A stretch of 62,889 nucleotides of DNA from Chloroflexota bacterium (lineage in GTDB: Bacteria > Chloroflexota > Dehalococcoidia > SZUA-161 > SpSt-899), in NCBI GenBank assembly GCA_013203045.1, contig JABMQN010000059.1:1-62889 (forward strand), read 5' to 3'. Position 1 is the first letter of the stretch; each line of letters begins with the position of its first letter. Below the pieces are notes generated by a model. It made no database searches, was not told the DNA's origin, and saw nothing but the letters and a program-made list of their open reading frames with translations. The position numbers were made by a program, and so were the translations under genes. This document shows, one piece after another, positions 53,736-62,757 of the stretch.

Positions 53736-53836
53736 TACTTGGGCTGAACGTAAAGAGGAAGGAGGGAAGCAAGAAGAAACCGAGGTTGGTATACCCTTGA
53801 TTTGTATGAAGGAACTATAACAAATATGGGATTTGG

Positions 53837-54571
53837 TCAGTTGTCCGGATCATCCTCTGATTTGCCAAGCACGATCTCTAGCAATCTGGCTTCTTCAGCA
53901 GAACATGCAGTTTCTGAGGTTTGTTCCAATTTGCTTATTCTTTCAACCAGTTTAGCTTGTTCAGTAATAATCCGTCGGATCGCATCGATTATCGGATCAG
54001 GCAACTTGCCATGTTCCAAAGCCTCGATAGGGCCTTCTTTTTGTCCCACAATTCTACCCGGAACACCAACCACTGTTTTACCTGGGGGAACCGACTTCAC
54101 CACCACGGAGTTGGCACCAATCCTGCCACCTTCACCGATAGTGATGGGCCCCAGCAAAATCGCCGCCGAACCGATTACCACATTATTGCCAAGCGTGGGG
54201 TGACGTTTCTTCTTTTCAAAAGTCGTCCCACCCAGGACGACCCCCTGATAGAGCAGACAATCATCGCCGATTTCCGATGTCTCTCCTATCACTACGCCCA
54301 TTCCATGATCGATAAAGAATCGTCGTCCTATTTTGGCGCCGGGATGAATTTCGACGCCTGTGAAGAATCGGCTGTTCTGCGAGATGATTCGCGCCAACAG
54401 GCGCAGCTGATGCCGCCAGAAAAAATGAGCAAATCGATGTGACCAGAGGGCTTGAAGTCCGGGATAGCAGCAAATCACCTCGACCCAGTTACGCGCTGCA
54501 GGATCTTTGTTAAAAACAGTTCGAATATCTTCTCTTAGCGTGCCGAACATATTATGCGCCCTACTCCTCAA
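53837..54571 (-). CDS. cysE: serine O-acetyltransferase
   Basis: Hexapeptide-repeat protein with DPAA.....V..YPG..A...HR.AH and GIEIHPGA-type motifs. The likely start is ATG 54550 (MFGTLRED). Confidence 0.9.
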   Translation of the reverse strand: MRSRAHNMFGTLREDIRTVFNKDPAARNWVEVICCYPGLQALWSHRFAHFFWRHQLRLLARIISQNSRFFTGVEIHPGAKIGRRFFIDHGMGVVIGETSEIGDDCLLYQGVVLGGTTFEKKKRHPTLGNNVVIGSAAILLGPITIGEGGRIGANSVVVKSVPPGKTVVGVPGRIVGQKEGPIEALEHGKLPDPIIDAIRRIITEQAKLVERISKLEQTSETACSAEEARLLEIVLGKSEDDPDN

Positions 54572-55499
54572 ACAGCCAGGTGCTCAAATATCTCTCGCCA
54601 GTATCCGGTAAAATCGCTACGACGAGCTTCCCTTCATTTTCTGGTCTCTTGGCAATCTCCAGAGCTGCCCATACTGCTGCACCAGATGATATTCCGGCTA
54701 GAATACCCTCCTCTTTAGCCAACCGTCTGGTTATTGTGCCTGCATCCTCACTACGCACTTTGATGATCTCATCGAGAAGGTCCATCTTTAACACATCAGG
54801 CACAAAACCCGCTCCGATGCCCTGTATCTTGTGAGGTCCCGGGTTCCCTCCTGAAAGAACAGGTGAATCAAGGGGTTCCACTGCAATGGCTTTGAAATCA
54901 GGTTTTCTTGCTTTCAGTACCTCAGCAATGCCGGTGATCGTTCCTCCGGTACCCACTCCTGCTATAACATAATCAACCTTGCCATCGGTATCCCGCCATA
55001 TTTCTTCTGCAGTGGTATCCCGATGTATTTTGGGATTCGCAGGATTCTTGAATTGTTGTGGCATGAAGGCGTTCGGAGTATTGGCAACCAGTTCTTCCGC
55101 TTTTCGGATAGCGCCTGGGATTCCCTCTGCTCCTGGTGTCAGCACAAGTTCAGCACCCAGAGCGGTGAGTAATTGTCTTCGCTCCACAGACATGGTATCA
55201 GGCATAGTAATAATGAGCCGATAACCCTTTGCCGCACACACGAAAGCAAGCCCAACACCTGTGTTTCCGCTGGTAGACTCGATGATCACTGTTTCATTGC
55301 CGATTAGTCCTCTTTCTTCGGCATCCCTGATCATCGAAACACCAATGCGATCCTTTACATTCCCAACGGGATTGAACGATTCGAGCTTCGCTACCACGTC
55401 CGCATTCACCCCCTGCGCTACACGCCTAAGACGAACCAAAGGAGTGTTGCCGATCAACTCAGTGATATCGTCAGCTATATTTGACATTTGCTGCTCCAA
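54561..55499 (-). CDS. cysK: cysteine synthase A (O-acetylserine sulfhydrylase)
   Basis: 312 aa with [19 protein letters not shown] and GVGTGGT motifs. Confidence 0.95.
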   Translation of the reverse strand: MEQQMSNIADDITELIGNTPLVRLRRVAQGVNADVVAKLESFNPVGNVKDRIGVSMIRDAEERGLIGNETVIIESTSGNTGVGLAFVCAAKGYRLIITMPDTMSVERRQLLTALGAELVLTPGAEGIPGAIRKAEELVANTPNAFMPQQFKNPANPKIHRDTTAEEIWRDTDGKVDYVIAGVGTGGTITGIAEVLKARKPDFKAIAVEPLDSPVLSGGNPGPHKIQGIGAGFVPDVLKMDLLDEIIKVRSEDAGTITRRLAKEEGILAGISSGAAVWAALEIAKRPENEGKLVVAILPDTGERYLSTWLFEE

Positions 55500-55571
55500 G
55501 ACGGATTACCGATAATTGTACTGGAAATCCTGGGGATCGTCCACATATTTGATGAACAGCCTGCGGCCTGT

Positions 55572-56252
55572 CTACCCTAAAGATGCACCATCGCTCAAGG
55601 CGCGAAGCTTCTCTTCATCAACAATGGTTATCTCCCCTCGGGTGGTGCTGATGATGTGTTGGTCCTTAAGCTTTGTGGTTACCCGGATAACGGTTTCCGT
55701 GGTAATACCAGACATGTCAGCGATTTCCTGCCTGGTGAAGGGGATAACAGGTCCAATCTTGGCCGAGATCATGAGAAGGGCGTTAGCAATTCGTTGTTCC
55801 ACTCTCTCGCCGGCCATATCTCTCAATCGATCATGAGCATCACGCAGGCGTGACCCGAGCAGATTGATCATTTTCAGAGCCACAGATGGATTTTGCCCAA
55901 GAAACGTCAGCAAATCAGTTTTCTTCATACCCAAAACTGTAGAGTCAATCTGTGCCATAGCTGATGCCGGATAGGGAATCCCGTCAAAAACAGCAACCTC
56001 ACCGAAAACATTCCCGGGTGGGAATATAGCTATAATCAGCTCTTTTCCTGATGAAGCATATTTAGCTACTTTCACTTTGCCTTCAGAGACCACGTAGAGC
56101 CAATCCGCAGGATCGCCTTCCCATATGATAGTTTCTCCGGCGGAGATGTACCGTTCAAGCGCAAAAGATGCCACTTTTTCCAGTTCCTCGTTATTCAAGG
56201 CTGAAAAGAGGGTGGTTTGTTTAAGTAAAGCAATCGTTTCAGAAGTGTCCAT
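55572..56252 (-). CDS. Crp/Fnr-family transcriptional regulator
   Basis: 226 aa with a cNMP-binding beta-barrel (GE.A.F) and a C-terminal HTH (T.QEIADMSG.T.ETV.R). There is no N-terminal Fnr Cys cluster. Confidence 0.85.
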   Translation of the reverse strand: MDTSETIALLKQTTLFSALNNEELEKVASFALERYISAGETIIWEGDPADWLYVVSEGKVKVAKYASSGKELIIAIFPPGNVFGEVAVFDGIPYPASAMAQIDSTVLGMKKTDLLTFLGQNPSVALKMINLLGSRLRDAHDRLRDMAGERVEQRIANALLMISAKIGPVIPFTRQEIADMSGITTETVIRVTTKLKDQHIISTTRGEITIVDEEKLRALSDGASLG

Positions 56253-56261
56253 CTTTTTGTC

Positions 56262-57212
56262 TCAAGCCACCCGGACCTCAAGGCCTGTTGATTCAAGTCT
56301 GAATTTTATCTCATCAAGCTGTTCTTCGGTATAGGGTTTTGCGTCCGGTAAGGGATACTCCATATCCAGCCTTTCATATTTGCCCGTTCCTAACCTGTGA
56401 TAGGGAAGGATATCTATTTGCTTTAATCCAAGATCAAATACGAATTCCCCGACGGCAGTGATATTCTCGTTGCTATCGTTGCATCCGGGGATCAAAGGGA
56501 ACCTGGCCCACATCGGTTTGCCGGATTGCGCTATCTTGCGGGCATTTTCCAGGATCAGGTTATTATCCAGTCCGGTGAGTTCTTTATGCTTTGTTGGATC
56601 TATGTGCTTCATATCGAAGAGTACCAGATCAGTGTATTCTAGTATTTTTTCAAGTGTATCCCACTTCACATGTCCAGTGGTATCCAAGGTTGTGTGGATA
56701 CCATTTTCTCGGCATCGTTTGAAAAGCTCGGTGAGGAATTCCGGTTGAGAGCCTGCTTCTCCCCCGGAAGCAGTCATTCCACCGTCGGAATTGCGGTAGA
56801 AAGGCGCATCCTGTTTAATCACTTCCAGAACTTCGGCTACGGTCATTAGTCGCCCCGTTATAACTCTGGCTTCATTAGGGCAAACCTCTGTGCAAGTCCC
56901 ACATGCATTGCAGAGTTCCCGGTTGGTGATCACCGAGTTGTCAGGACCCACTGAAATAGCGTTGTTGGGACAGACAGGTATACAACGGTGACATTTGGTG
57001 CACAGCGATTCAAAATAGAAAAGCTGGGGCAATTGATACTGAGATTCCGGGTTATCACACCAGAGGCATCTTAACGGACAACCTTTGAAAAACACAGTGG
57101 TCCGAATTCCCGGACCGTCATTAATGGAATAGCGCTGAATATCAAAAATCCAGGCCTTCAGTTCTTGACTGTCTTCAGTGGAGTTTTGTTGAGAGGGTTC
57201 GATAGTTTCCAT
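56262..57212 (-). CDS. glycyl-radical enzyme activating protein (with two extra ferredoxin-like clusters)
   Basis: 316 aa with DGPGIRT.VF.KGCPLRCLWCDNPES, plus CTKCHRCIPVCP and CNACGTCTEVCP. Confidence 0.85.
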   Translation of the reverse strand: METIEPSQQNSTEDSQELKAWIFDIQRYSINDGPGIRTTVFFKGCPLRCLWCDNPESQYQLPQLFYFESLCTKCHRCIPVCPNNAISVGPDNSVITNRELCNACGTCTEVCPNEARVITGRLMTVAEVLEVIKQDAPFYRNSDGGMTASGGEAGSQPEFLTELFKRCRENGIHTTLDTTGHVKWDTLEKILEYTDLVLFDMKHIDPTKHKELTGLDNNLILENARKIAQSGKPMWARFPLIPGCNDSNENITAVGEFVFDLGLKQIDILPYHRLGTGKYERLDMEYPLPDAKPYTEEQLDEIKFRLESTGLEVRVA

Positions 57213-57247
57213 ATACTTAAACGGTATACGACCTTTGAGATTCTGTT

Positions 57248-59161
57248 TTACTCACTCACCATTATTCTGTCAGGGGTGTCTGAAGTATCAGAGATGGCCC
57301 CGCTGTTGCGCCGACCATTATAATAACTCCAACCAACAATTCCAAACAGGAAAATAAAGGAGAAGATCATCGTGATAATGGTATCACTCTTGATTGCAGA
57401 GACGAAATCGTCAGCGATATTCCCGATTATCTCCTGGCCTTTCTCGGCTGCTACGAGTTCCACTCCATTGAGATCGGACTGATCGATTGCATCTTGGATA
57501 TCGGATTCACCACCAAGAGAATAAGCTGCCGATACTGATATGAGAATAACCAGAGAAACCCCGAACAGAACACCAAGCGCCCATATAGACCGGCCACGCC
57601 ACGCTTGGCCAGCCAGGAATCCAATACCGATCAGGAATATGATCGGAAGAACCCACCAGGCCCATAGCCATGTTCTGAACGTATCTACCGATTTGCGTGA
57701 GTCATCGAAATCCTCAAGAGCTTCTTCATCTCTTTCTTCATCTGATATTTCATCACGGATATCTTCCTGGGTGAGTGTATAGTCATTTCCTATCCAATCT
57801 CGTACATCATTAAGTTGGTCTTCGTCGTCCGGTTCAAGTTCGTCAAGGAAGTCGACTTCGGTAAATATCCAGCCATCTGAGACGTAATCACGAGCTGTTT
57901 GAAGAAAGTCTTCATTCTCCTCACCCAATGATTCTTGCAGGTCTTCTTTAGAAAAAGTCCACTGATCCGGTATCTCTTCTGAGATCGACTGATTGATTGC
58001 ATCAGCGATGATTGCATCAATATCAGTACCGAGGGCACTCTTGAATTGTGAGTAAGATACACCGGAAGGGCGACAGTCTGGCAAGTTCCGCGAGGACATG
58101 GCCTGCAATTGAGAAGCGAATTCTGTGGGAGTACACGTTGGAAGACCATTGAATAAGCTTTCTAATTTCTGGCCTGCGAGATCACCCAGAATTTCCATGG
58201 CTTGTGTCTTCTGATCAGCGAGGTCAATTGCCAAATCAATAGAATCGACTTCTCCCTTTGCATATGAGGCGATACTGTTTAAAATATCTCGCATGCGTGC
58301 GTCTACCCAGGGTTGTGGCATTACTTTTTTAATGGTGGTAGAAATCTCCTCCTGGGTCAAAATGATCCCGTAAGGAAGGTCAACGGTTATCCCGATGTTA
58401 TCCTCAACAATCGGTGTAATCAAAGTATCCAGCACATATTCATAAGTCTCCTCGCCAGTGAGTACTTCGATTGTGCCTTCAGCAATGGCATCGATTCTCC
58501 CTTTGAGGTCAAAGGCAACGGTGAAATGATCTGAATCGTCAGTAAAGTAAGGTATCACGGAATCGATGACTGACGCGAATTCGGAAGCCAGCCATTTTTC
58601 AGGCAACGCTTTCTCAAGGGATTCCTTAAGTTCTGATTTTTGAAGAGTGAGCGTGTAGGGAAGGTTTTCAAGTTTGTCGAGGATTTGATCTGCTATGTAA
58701 TCAATCATATCATCGTAAACACTGGTGAAAGCCGGACCTTGGAGGATATCGTCTTTGATCACGGTTGCGGCGGTATCCACTCTTTCTCGAAGCGGCAAAG
58801 TGTAGGTGAACTCATCTGTACTACCCATGAAATACGGTAAAGAGGCGTCAATTGCAGCTACGAACTGTTCCTGGAGCCATTCTGGTGGCAGTATGCTTTT
58901 TGCTGCCGAAATTAATTCATCCTGGATAGGGGATAGTTTAATTGGGATATCACCTGAAGTGTCATCATCTTCTACTTCATCCAGTGCTGCGGGTAAAACT
59001 TCATCATAGAAAAAATTATATACATCTGCCTTTTCCGTATGGTGGTTATAGAATCCCGTGTCATCCAATTTGTCGTTTACCTGGGTGACAAATAGTGCGA
59101 CAGTGAAGAAAACGAAGAAGAGGATGATCAAGGGAATGGCGAGAATTCGTCTGATCCACAT
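57248..59161 (-). CDS. large acidic membrane protein with internal repeats (1 N-terminal and about 4 C-terminal TM helices)
   Basis: 637 aa with a repeated module LP(P/E)(E/K)WL...F...ID...PYF...D.FT....L..R.D. I do not recognise the family. Confidence 0.6.
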   Translation of the reverse strand: MWIRRILAIPLIILFFVFFTVALFVTQVNDKLDDTGFYNHHTEKADVYNFFYDEVLPAALDEVEDDDTSGDIPIKLSPIQDELISAAKSILPPEWLQEQFVAAIDASLPYFMGSTDEFTYTLPLRERVDTAATVIKDDILQGPAFTSVYDDMIDYIADQILDKLENLPYTLTLQKSELKESLEKALPEKWLASEFASVIDSVIPYFTDDSDHFTVAFDLKGRIDAIAEGTIEVLTGEETYEYVLDTLITPIVEDNIGITVDLPYGIILTQEEISTTIKKVMPQPWVDARMRDILNSIASYAKGEVDSIDLAIDLADQKTQAMEILGDLAGQKLESLFNGLPTCTPTEFASQLQAMSSRNLPDCRPSGVSYSQFKSALGTDIDAIIADAINQSISEEIPDQWTFSKEDLQESLGEENEDFLQTARDYVSDGWIFTEVDFLDELEPDDEDQLNDVRDWIGNDYTLTQEDIRDEISDEERDEEALEDFDDSRKSVDTFRTWLWAWWVLPIIFLIGIGFLAGQAWRGRSIWALGVLFGVSLVILISVSAAYSLGGESDIQDAIDQSDLNGVELVAAEKGQEIIGNIADDFVSAIKSDTIITMIFSFIFLFGIVGWSYYNGRRNSGAISDTSDTPDRIMVSE

Positions 59162-59398
59162 CTTGGCGATACCTAGTTTATTTATGTTGGACGATCGAGA
59201 TGGGAACTTGCTGAAAAGGTATTAGTTACGTATGACAGAAAGATTCTATACGTGTTTTGTGTATTCTGTCAAACGTTGGTAGATTGCCTGGGTCAGGTTA
59301 TCAGATATAGTTAAGTGGGACCCTTGTGGAGTTTGACTATGCTGGGGTACAATCAAAGCTACTAAACGCCCACGTAATTCAAAGATGGGGGGTAGACC

Positions 59399-60703
59399 TT
59401 GGAGAAGCTGTTAGATCAAGCAAGAAAAGTAAGTCAGGACGCCGAGGTATTCTTTGTATCTAGCCAGAGCACAGAAGCGGTTTTTGAAGCTAACCGATTA
59501 AAACAGGTGCAGACCAAAGAGTCCAATGGTACCGCGTTACGAATAATCAAGGAAGGTAGGATTGGGTTTGCGGCGACCACAAAGGTTGGCAGCGAGAATG
59601 AGCTTGTTGAGATGGCTTTGGATATGGCCCCATTTGGTGCTGAGGCGAAATTCGAGTTTCCCGGGTCTCAATCATATCCCTCGGTTGCGGTTTTTGATTC
59701 CGAAGTGGAATCGGTTACTGAAGAGACAATGGTCGAGTTAGGGCAATCAATGATTGACAGGATAAAAAGAGCGGAGCCGGAAATCGTCTGCGAAGGATCG
59801 GTGAGCAGGCGAACTACGAACGTAATTTTGAGAAATTCAAGAGGGGGAGAAGTAAACTATCAAAAAAGCGTTTTCAGTGTTGCCATGGAAGGGGTGCTGG
59901 TGCGTGGGACCGACATGCTCTTTGTAGGTGACTATGAAAGTTCCTGTCATCCGGTTACTTCGCCTGACTACATAGTGCAGTTTGTACTCCAACAGTTGGA
60001 AAGAGCAAAAGAAGTTGCTCCGTCTCTATCGGGCAACATTCCGGTGGTATTCACTCCACATGGCGTTGCCAGTGCTTTGATTTCTCCACTTGCGGTGGCT
60101 TTTAATGGCAAGACCGTGCTAAGAGGAGCCTCACCGGTAAGTCACAGAAGGGGTGAGAAAATATTCGTATCAGAATTCACCCTATGCGATGATTCCACGA
60201 TCGATTTTTGTCCAGCATGTTCCATTTGTGATCATGAAGGAATTCCCAGTCAGCGTACTCCGTTGGTTCAGGGTGGAACGGTGAGTAACTTTATATATGA
60301 TTTACAGACGGCTGGTGAGGCTGGTGCTGAGAGTACCGGCAGTGCCAGTAGATCAGTTGGAAGCCTGCCGAGCCCATCCACCAGTGCTCTCATTGTTGAT
60401 GAGGGTGAAGCAGGTTTTGAGGAGATGTTATCCGATATAAAGGAAGGTCTGGTTGTCGAGCAACTTATGGGTGCTACTCAAGGGAATATTCTGGGCGGTT
60501 ATTTCAGTGGCAACGTCCTTCTTGGTTACAAAGTTGAAAATGGACAAATTGTGGGCCGCGTAAAAAACACAATGGTTTCCGGAAATGTCTATGAATTGCT
60601 GAAGGAAGGAATCGTCATTGGCAGTGATTCCCGATGGCTCGGTGGTTCTCTGAGAACACCTTCGATTTATTGTCCATCGGTTTCGGTGGCTGCGAAGGAT
60701 TAA
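59399..60703 (+). CDS. TldD/PmbA-family metalloprotease
   Basis: 434 aa with a TTG start. It shows a PmbA/TldD-like pattern throughout (e.g. GG.VSNF.YD, GNV..LL). Confidence 0.75.
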   Translation: MEKLLDQARKVSQDAEVFFVSSQSTEAVFEANRLKQVQTKESNGTALRIIKEGRIGFAATTKVGSENELVEMALDMAPFGAEAKFEFPGSQSYPSVAVFDSEVESVTEETMVELGQSMIDRIKRAEPEIVCEGSVSRRTTNVILRNSRGGEVNYQKSVFSVAMEGVLVRGTDMLFVGDYESSCHPVTSPDYIVQFVLQQLERAKEVAPSLSGNIPVVFTPHGVASALISPLAVAFNGKTVLRGASPVSHRRGEKIFVSEFTLCDDSTIDFCPACSICDHEGIPSQRTPLVQGGTVSNFIYDLQTAGEAGAESTGSASRSVGSLPSPSTSALIVDEGEAGFEEMLSDIKEGLVVEQLMGATQGNILGGYFSGNVLLGYKVENGQIVGRVKNTMVSGNVYELLKEGIVIGSDSRWLGGSLRTPSIYCPSVSVAAKD

Positions 60704-60725
60704 CTGAAGTTCAGTTGATCGAGTC

Positions 60726-60767
60726 CGAACGCTATTGCGCCGTAGATACCCGAATCGTCCCCCAACT
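60726..60767. repeat. 42-bp perfect direct repeat, left copy (orphan ROK 3'-end remnant)
   Basis: CGAACGCTATTGCGCCGTAGATACCCGAATCGTCCCCCAACT is identical to 61752..61793. Confidence 0.95.
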
Positions 60768-60784
60768 GTTTGTTGTCTTGAGAA

Positions 60785-61351
60785 CTATAGGGTTTCCGCT
60801 TCATCTTGCAGTTTGTCCAGCATTTGCTCGACCCCTAGTTCTTGGGCCCATAGACCCAGGTATGTCAAGTCAAGTTTCTCAAACTGTACTTCGAAAACAC
60901 GCAGAGCGTCGATGAATTGCTTCTCGCTGCCCCCGGATAATTTCGCCCAGTTTAACTTTGCCAGGATGGTATCCTCCGGACTTGAGACGGCGATTTGCAG
61001 ACCCATAACTTTTTCGGTGTATTTACGTTCAAATCGGGAACAATCAAAAGGTTCGTCTGTTAGTATCCAGAAATCGACTTTGTCACCTGTATTCACGTCG
61101 ATCAGGTTGAACATTCCTCGATGGATTATGGCATCAAGGATACTCTCTTGAGATAAGTAGTAATCGGCGGAAGCAAATGCCTCTACCAAATCTAACGCGG
61201 ACGCTTGTTCGATCGCGACGATAATATCTATATCATGGGTTGATCGTGGTTCTCCCTGCAGACTTGATACCACGGAACCCGTCAACATGTACTGAATTCC
61301 GGAGTCATCAAGAGTCTGCACGACACGTTTTAATAATTCCTGTTGTGACAT
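60785..61351 (-). CDS. minimal nucleotidyltransferase-fold protein (pol-beta superfamily)
   Basis: 188 aa with the G-S...(x)n...D-I-D motif (LTGSVVSSLQGEPRSTHDIDIIV) followed by a helical C-terminal domain. Confidence 0.6.
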   Translation of the reverse strand: MSQQELLKRVVQTLDDSGIQYMLTGSVVSSLQGEPRSTHDIDIIVAIEQASALDLVEAFASADYYLSQESILDAIIHRGMFNLIDVNTGDKVDFWILTDEPFDCSRFERKYTEKVMGLQIAVSSPEDTILAKLNWAKLSGGSEKQFIDALRVFEVQFEKLDLTYLGLWAQELGVEQMLDKLQDEAETL

Positions 61352-61545
61352 TTTTCGAGGCGCTCCAAATACAGCTTCCTGAATGTTTCATCTGAGAGAT
61401 CAGGAAACCTCTTTCTCAGACCATGTAAGAATAACTCCTTCGAGAATTCGGACAACTCAAATGACTTCAGAAGTCTGTCTTCCGGGGTCATACGACGAAG
61501 GGTTTGAATGTATAATTGATGGTTTGGACGTTGTTTTATATTCAT
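61330..61545 (-). CDS. small helical partner protein (antitoxin-like position)
   Basis: 71 aa from ATG 61545 (MNIKQRPNHQ...). It overlaps the nucleotidyltransferase start by 22 nt. The longer track ORF runs through a palindromic repeat. Confidence 0.4.
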   Translation of the reverse strand: MNIKQRPNHQLYIQTLRRMTPEDRLLKSFELSEFSKELFLHGLRKRFPDLSDETFRKLYLERLEKCHNRNY

Positions 61546-61614
61546 ATTTCTTGGGGTGATTTTAGCACGTTCTTCTACTGATGGATACTGGGCTGCGCAG
61601 AACTTTTTGAAACA

Positions 61615-61643
61615 GTAGAGACGCCCCGCCGGGACGTCTCTAC
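61615..61643. repeat. hairpin GTAGAGACG-N11-CGTCTCTAC (same family as 50103..50131)
   Basis: Read directly from the sequence. It lies inside the cassette near its right boundary. Confidence 0.7.
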
Positions 61644-61725
61644 TGGATTGTATTACAGATTGGATCACTCATACATTCTATTCTTCGTGTACTTCGTGGT
61701 TAATGAAAAAGCCCAGATGTGACGA

Positions 61726-62694
61726 TCAAGGCACTTTCAGTTGGCCCAGCGCGAACGCTATTGCGCCGTAGATACCCGAATCGTCCCCCAACTCCGAGCG
61801 GACTATCTTGGTTCGATCCTTAAAATCAGCCATGACACGTTCCGCGACGGATTCACGAACAGGTTTCAGGATCAGTTCTCCCGCATTTGATACTCCCCCG
61901 CCAATCACCACAACATCAGGATCGAAGATGTGTATCAGCGAAGCGACCGCGAGGCCGAGGTTAGTTCCTGCCTCATTAAAAACCCCTATGGCTACAGGGT
62001 CTCCTGAGAAAGCCGCCTTGGTCACCATTTCGGCAGTCAGTCTGGAAGGATCGTTACCACAGAGTTCAGAGAGAATACTGGTATTACCGTATGGTATCCT
62101 TTCCCGTGCCATGCGTGAAATAGCAGTTCCGGAAGCCATTACTTCTACGTGTCCTTTTCCACCGCAATTACATTGGGGTCCGTTAGGATCGATGACAATA
62201 TGCCCAACTTCGGCAGCTGAAATCTTTATGCCATGAAGAGGTTGGCCATCGATGATGATTCCTCCTCCAATACCAGTGCTTACAGTAATATATATGACAC
62301 GATCGAAGCCCCTGGCAGCGCCAAAACGATGCTCTCCCACAGCGGCCATATCAGCATCGTTCTCAACCCATATTGGGATATCAAACTCCTTTTTCAGCTT
62401 TGATTTCAGTGGTACATTGTGCCAGGTGGGGAGACTGGGAGGGGTGAGGAATATGCCTTCGTTAGGATCGATGGGGCCTGCTGCGGCTACTGCTATCCCT
62501 TTTACTCTATCCATGCCGATGCTCGAAGCGGTTTTACGAATGGTTTCTATGAGTCGCTGAATACCGCTTTCCGGGCCATCGGATGCCAGAGTAGGTTCGG
62601 AGTTTCTAGAGAGGATATTTCTGTTCGCATCAGCCAACGCTACACGAAAACTTGTTCCCCCGATGTCTATGGCTATGACGTGAGGCTCATCCAT
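61726..62694 (-). CDS. ROK-family sugar kinase (glucokinase-like)
   Basis: 322 aa with DIGGTSFR, a ENDA..A..GE pattern and the zinc motif CNCGGKGHVE. Confidence 0.85.
   Translation of the reverse strand: MDEPHVIAIDIGGTSFRVALADANRNILSRNSEPTLASDGPESGIQRLIETIRKTASSIGMDRVKGIAVAAAGPIDPNEGIFLTPPSLPTWHNVPLKSKLKKEFDIPIWVENDADMAAVGEHRFGAARGFDRVIYITVSTGIGGGIIIDGQPLHGIKISAAEVGHIVIDPNGPQCNCGGKGHVEVMASGTAISRMARERIPYGNTSILSELCGNDPSRLTAEMVTKAAFSGDPVAIGVFNEAGTNLGLAVASLIHIFDPDVVVIGGGVSNAGELILKPVRESVAERVMADFKDRTKIVRSELGDDSGIYGAIAFALGQLKVP
61752..61793. repeat. 42-bp perfect direct repeat, right copy (inside the ROK CDS)
   Basis: Identical to 60726..60767. It encodes LGDDSGIYGAIAF of the ROK C-terminus. Confidence 0.95.
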
Positions 62695-62757
62695 GGTATA
62701 TTTTTCCCCTTGAGTTTAGCCTAGAATAGCATAATAGAAAATCTTTATGAAGTTGTT

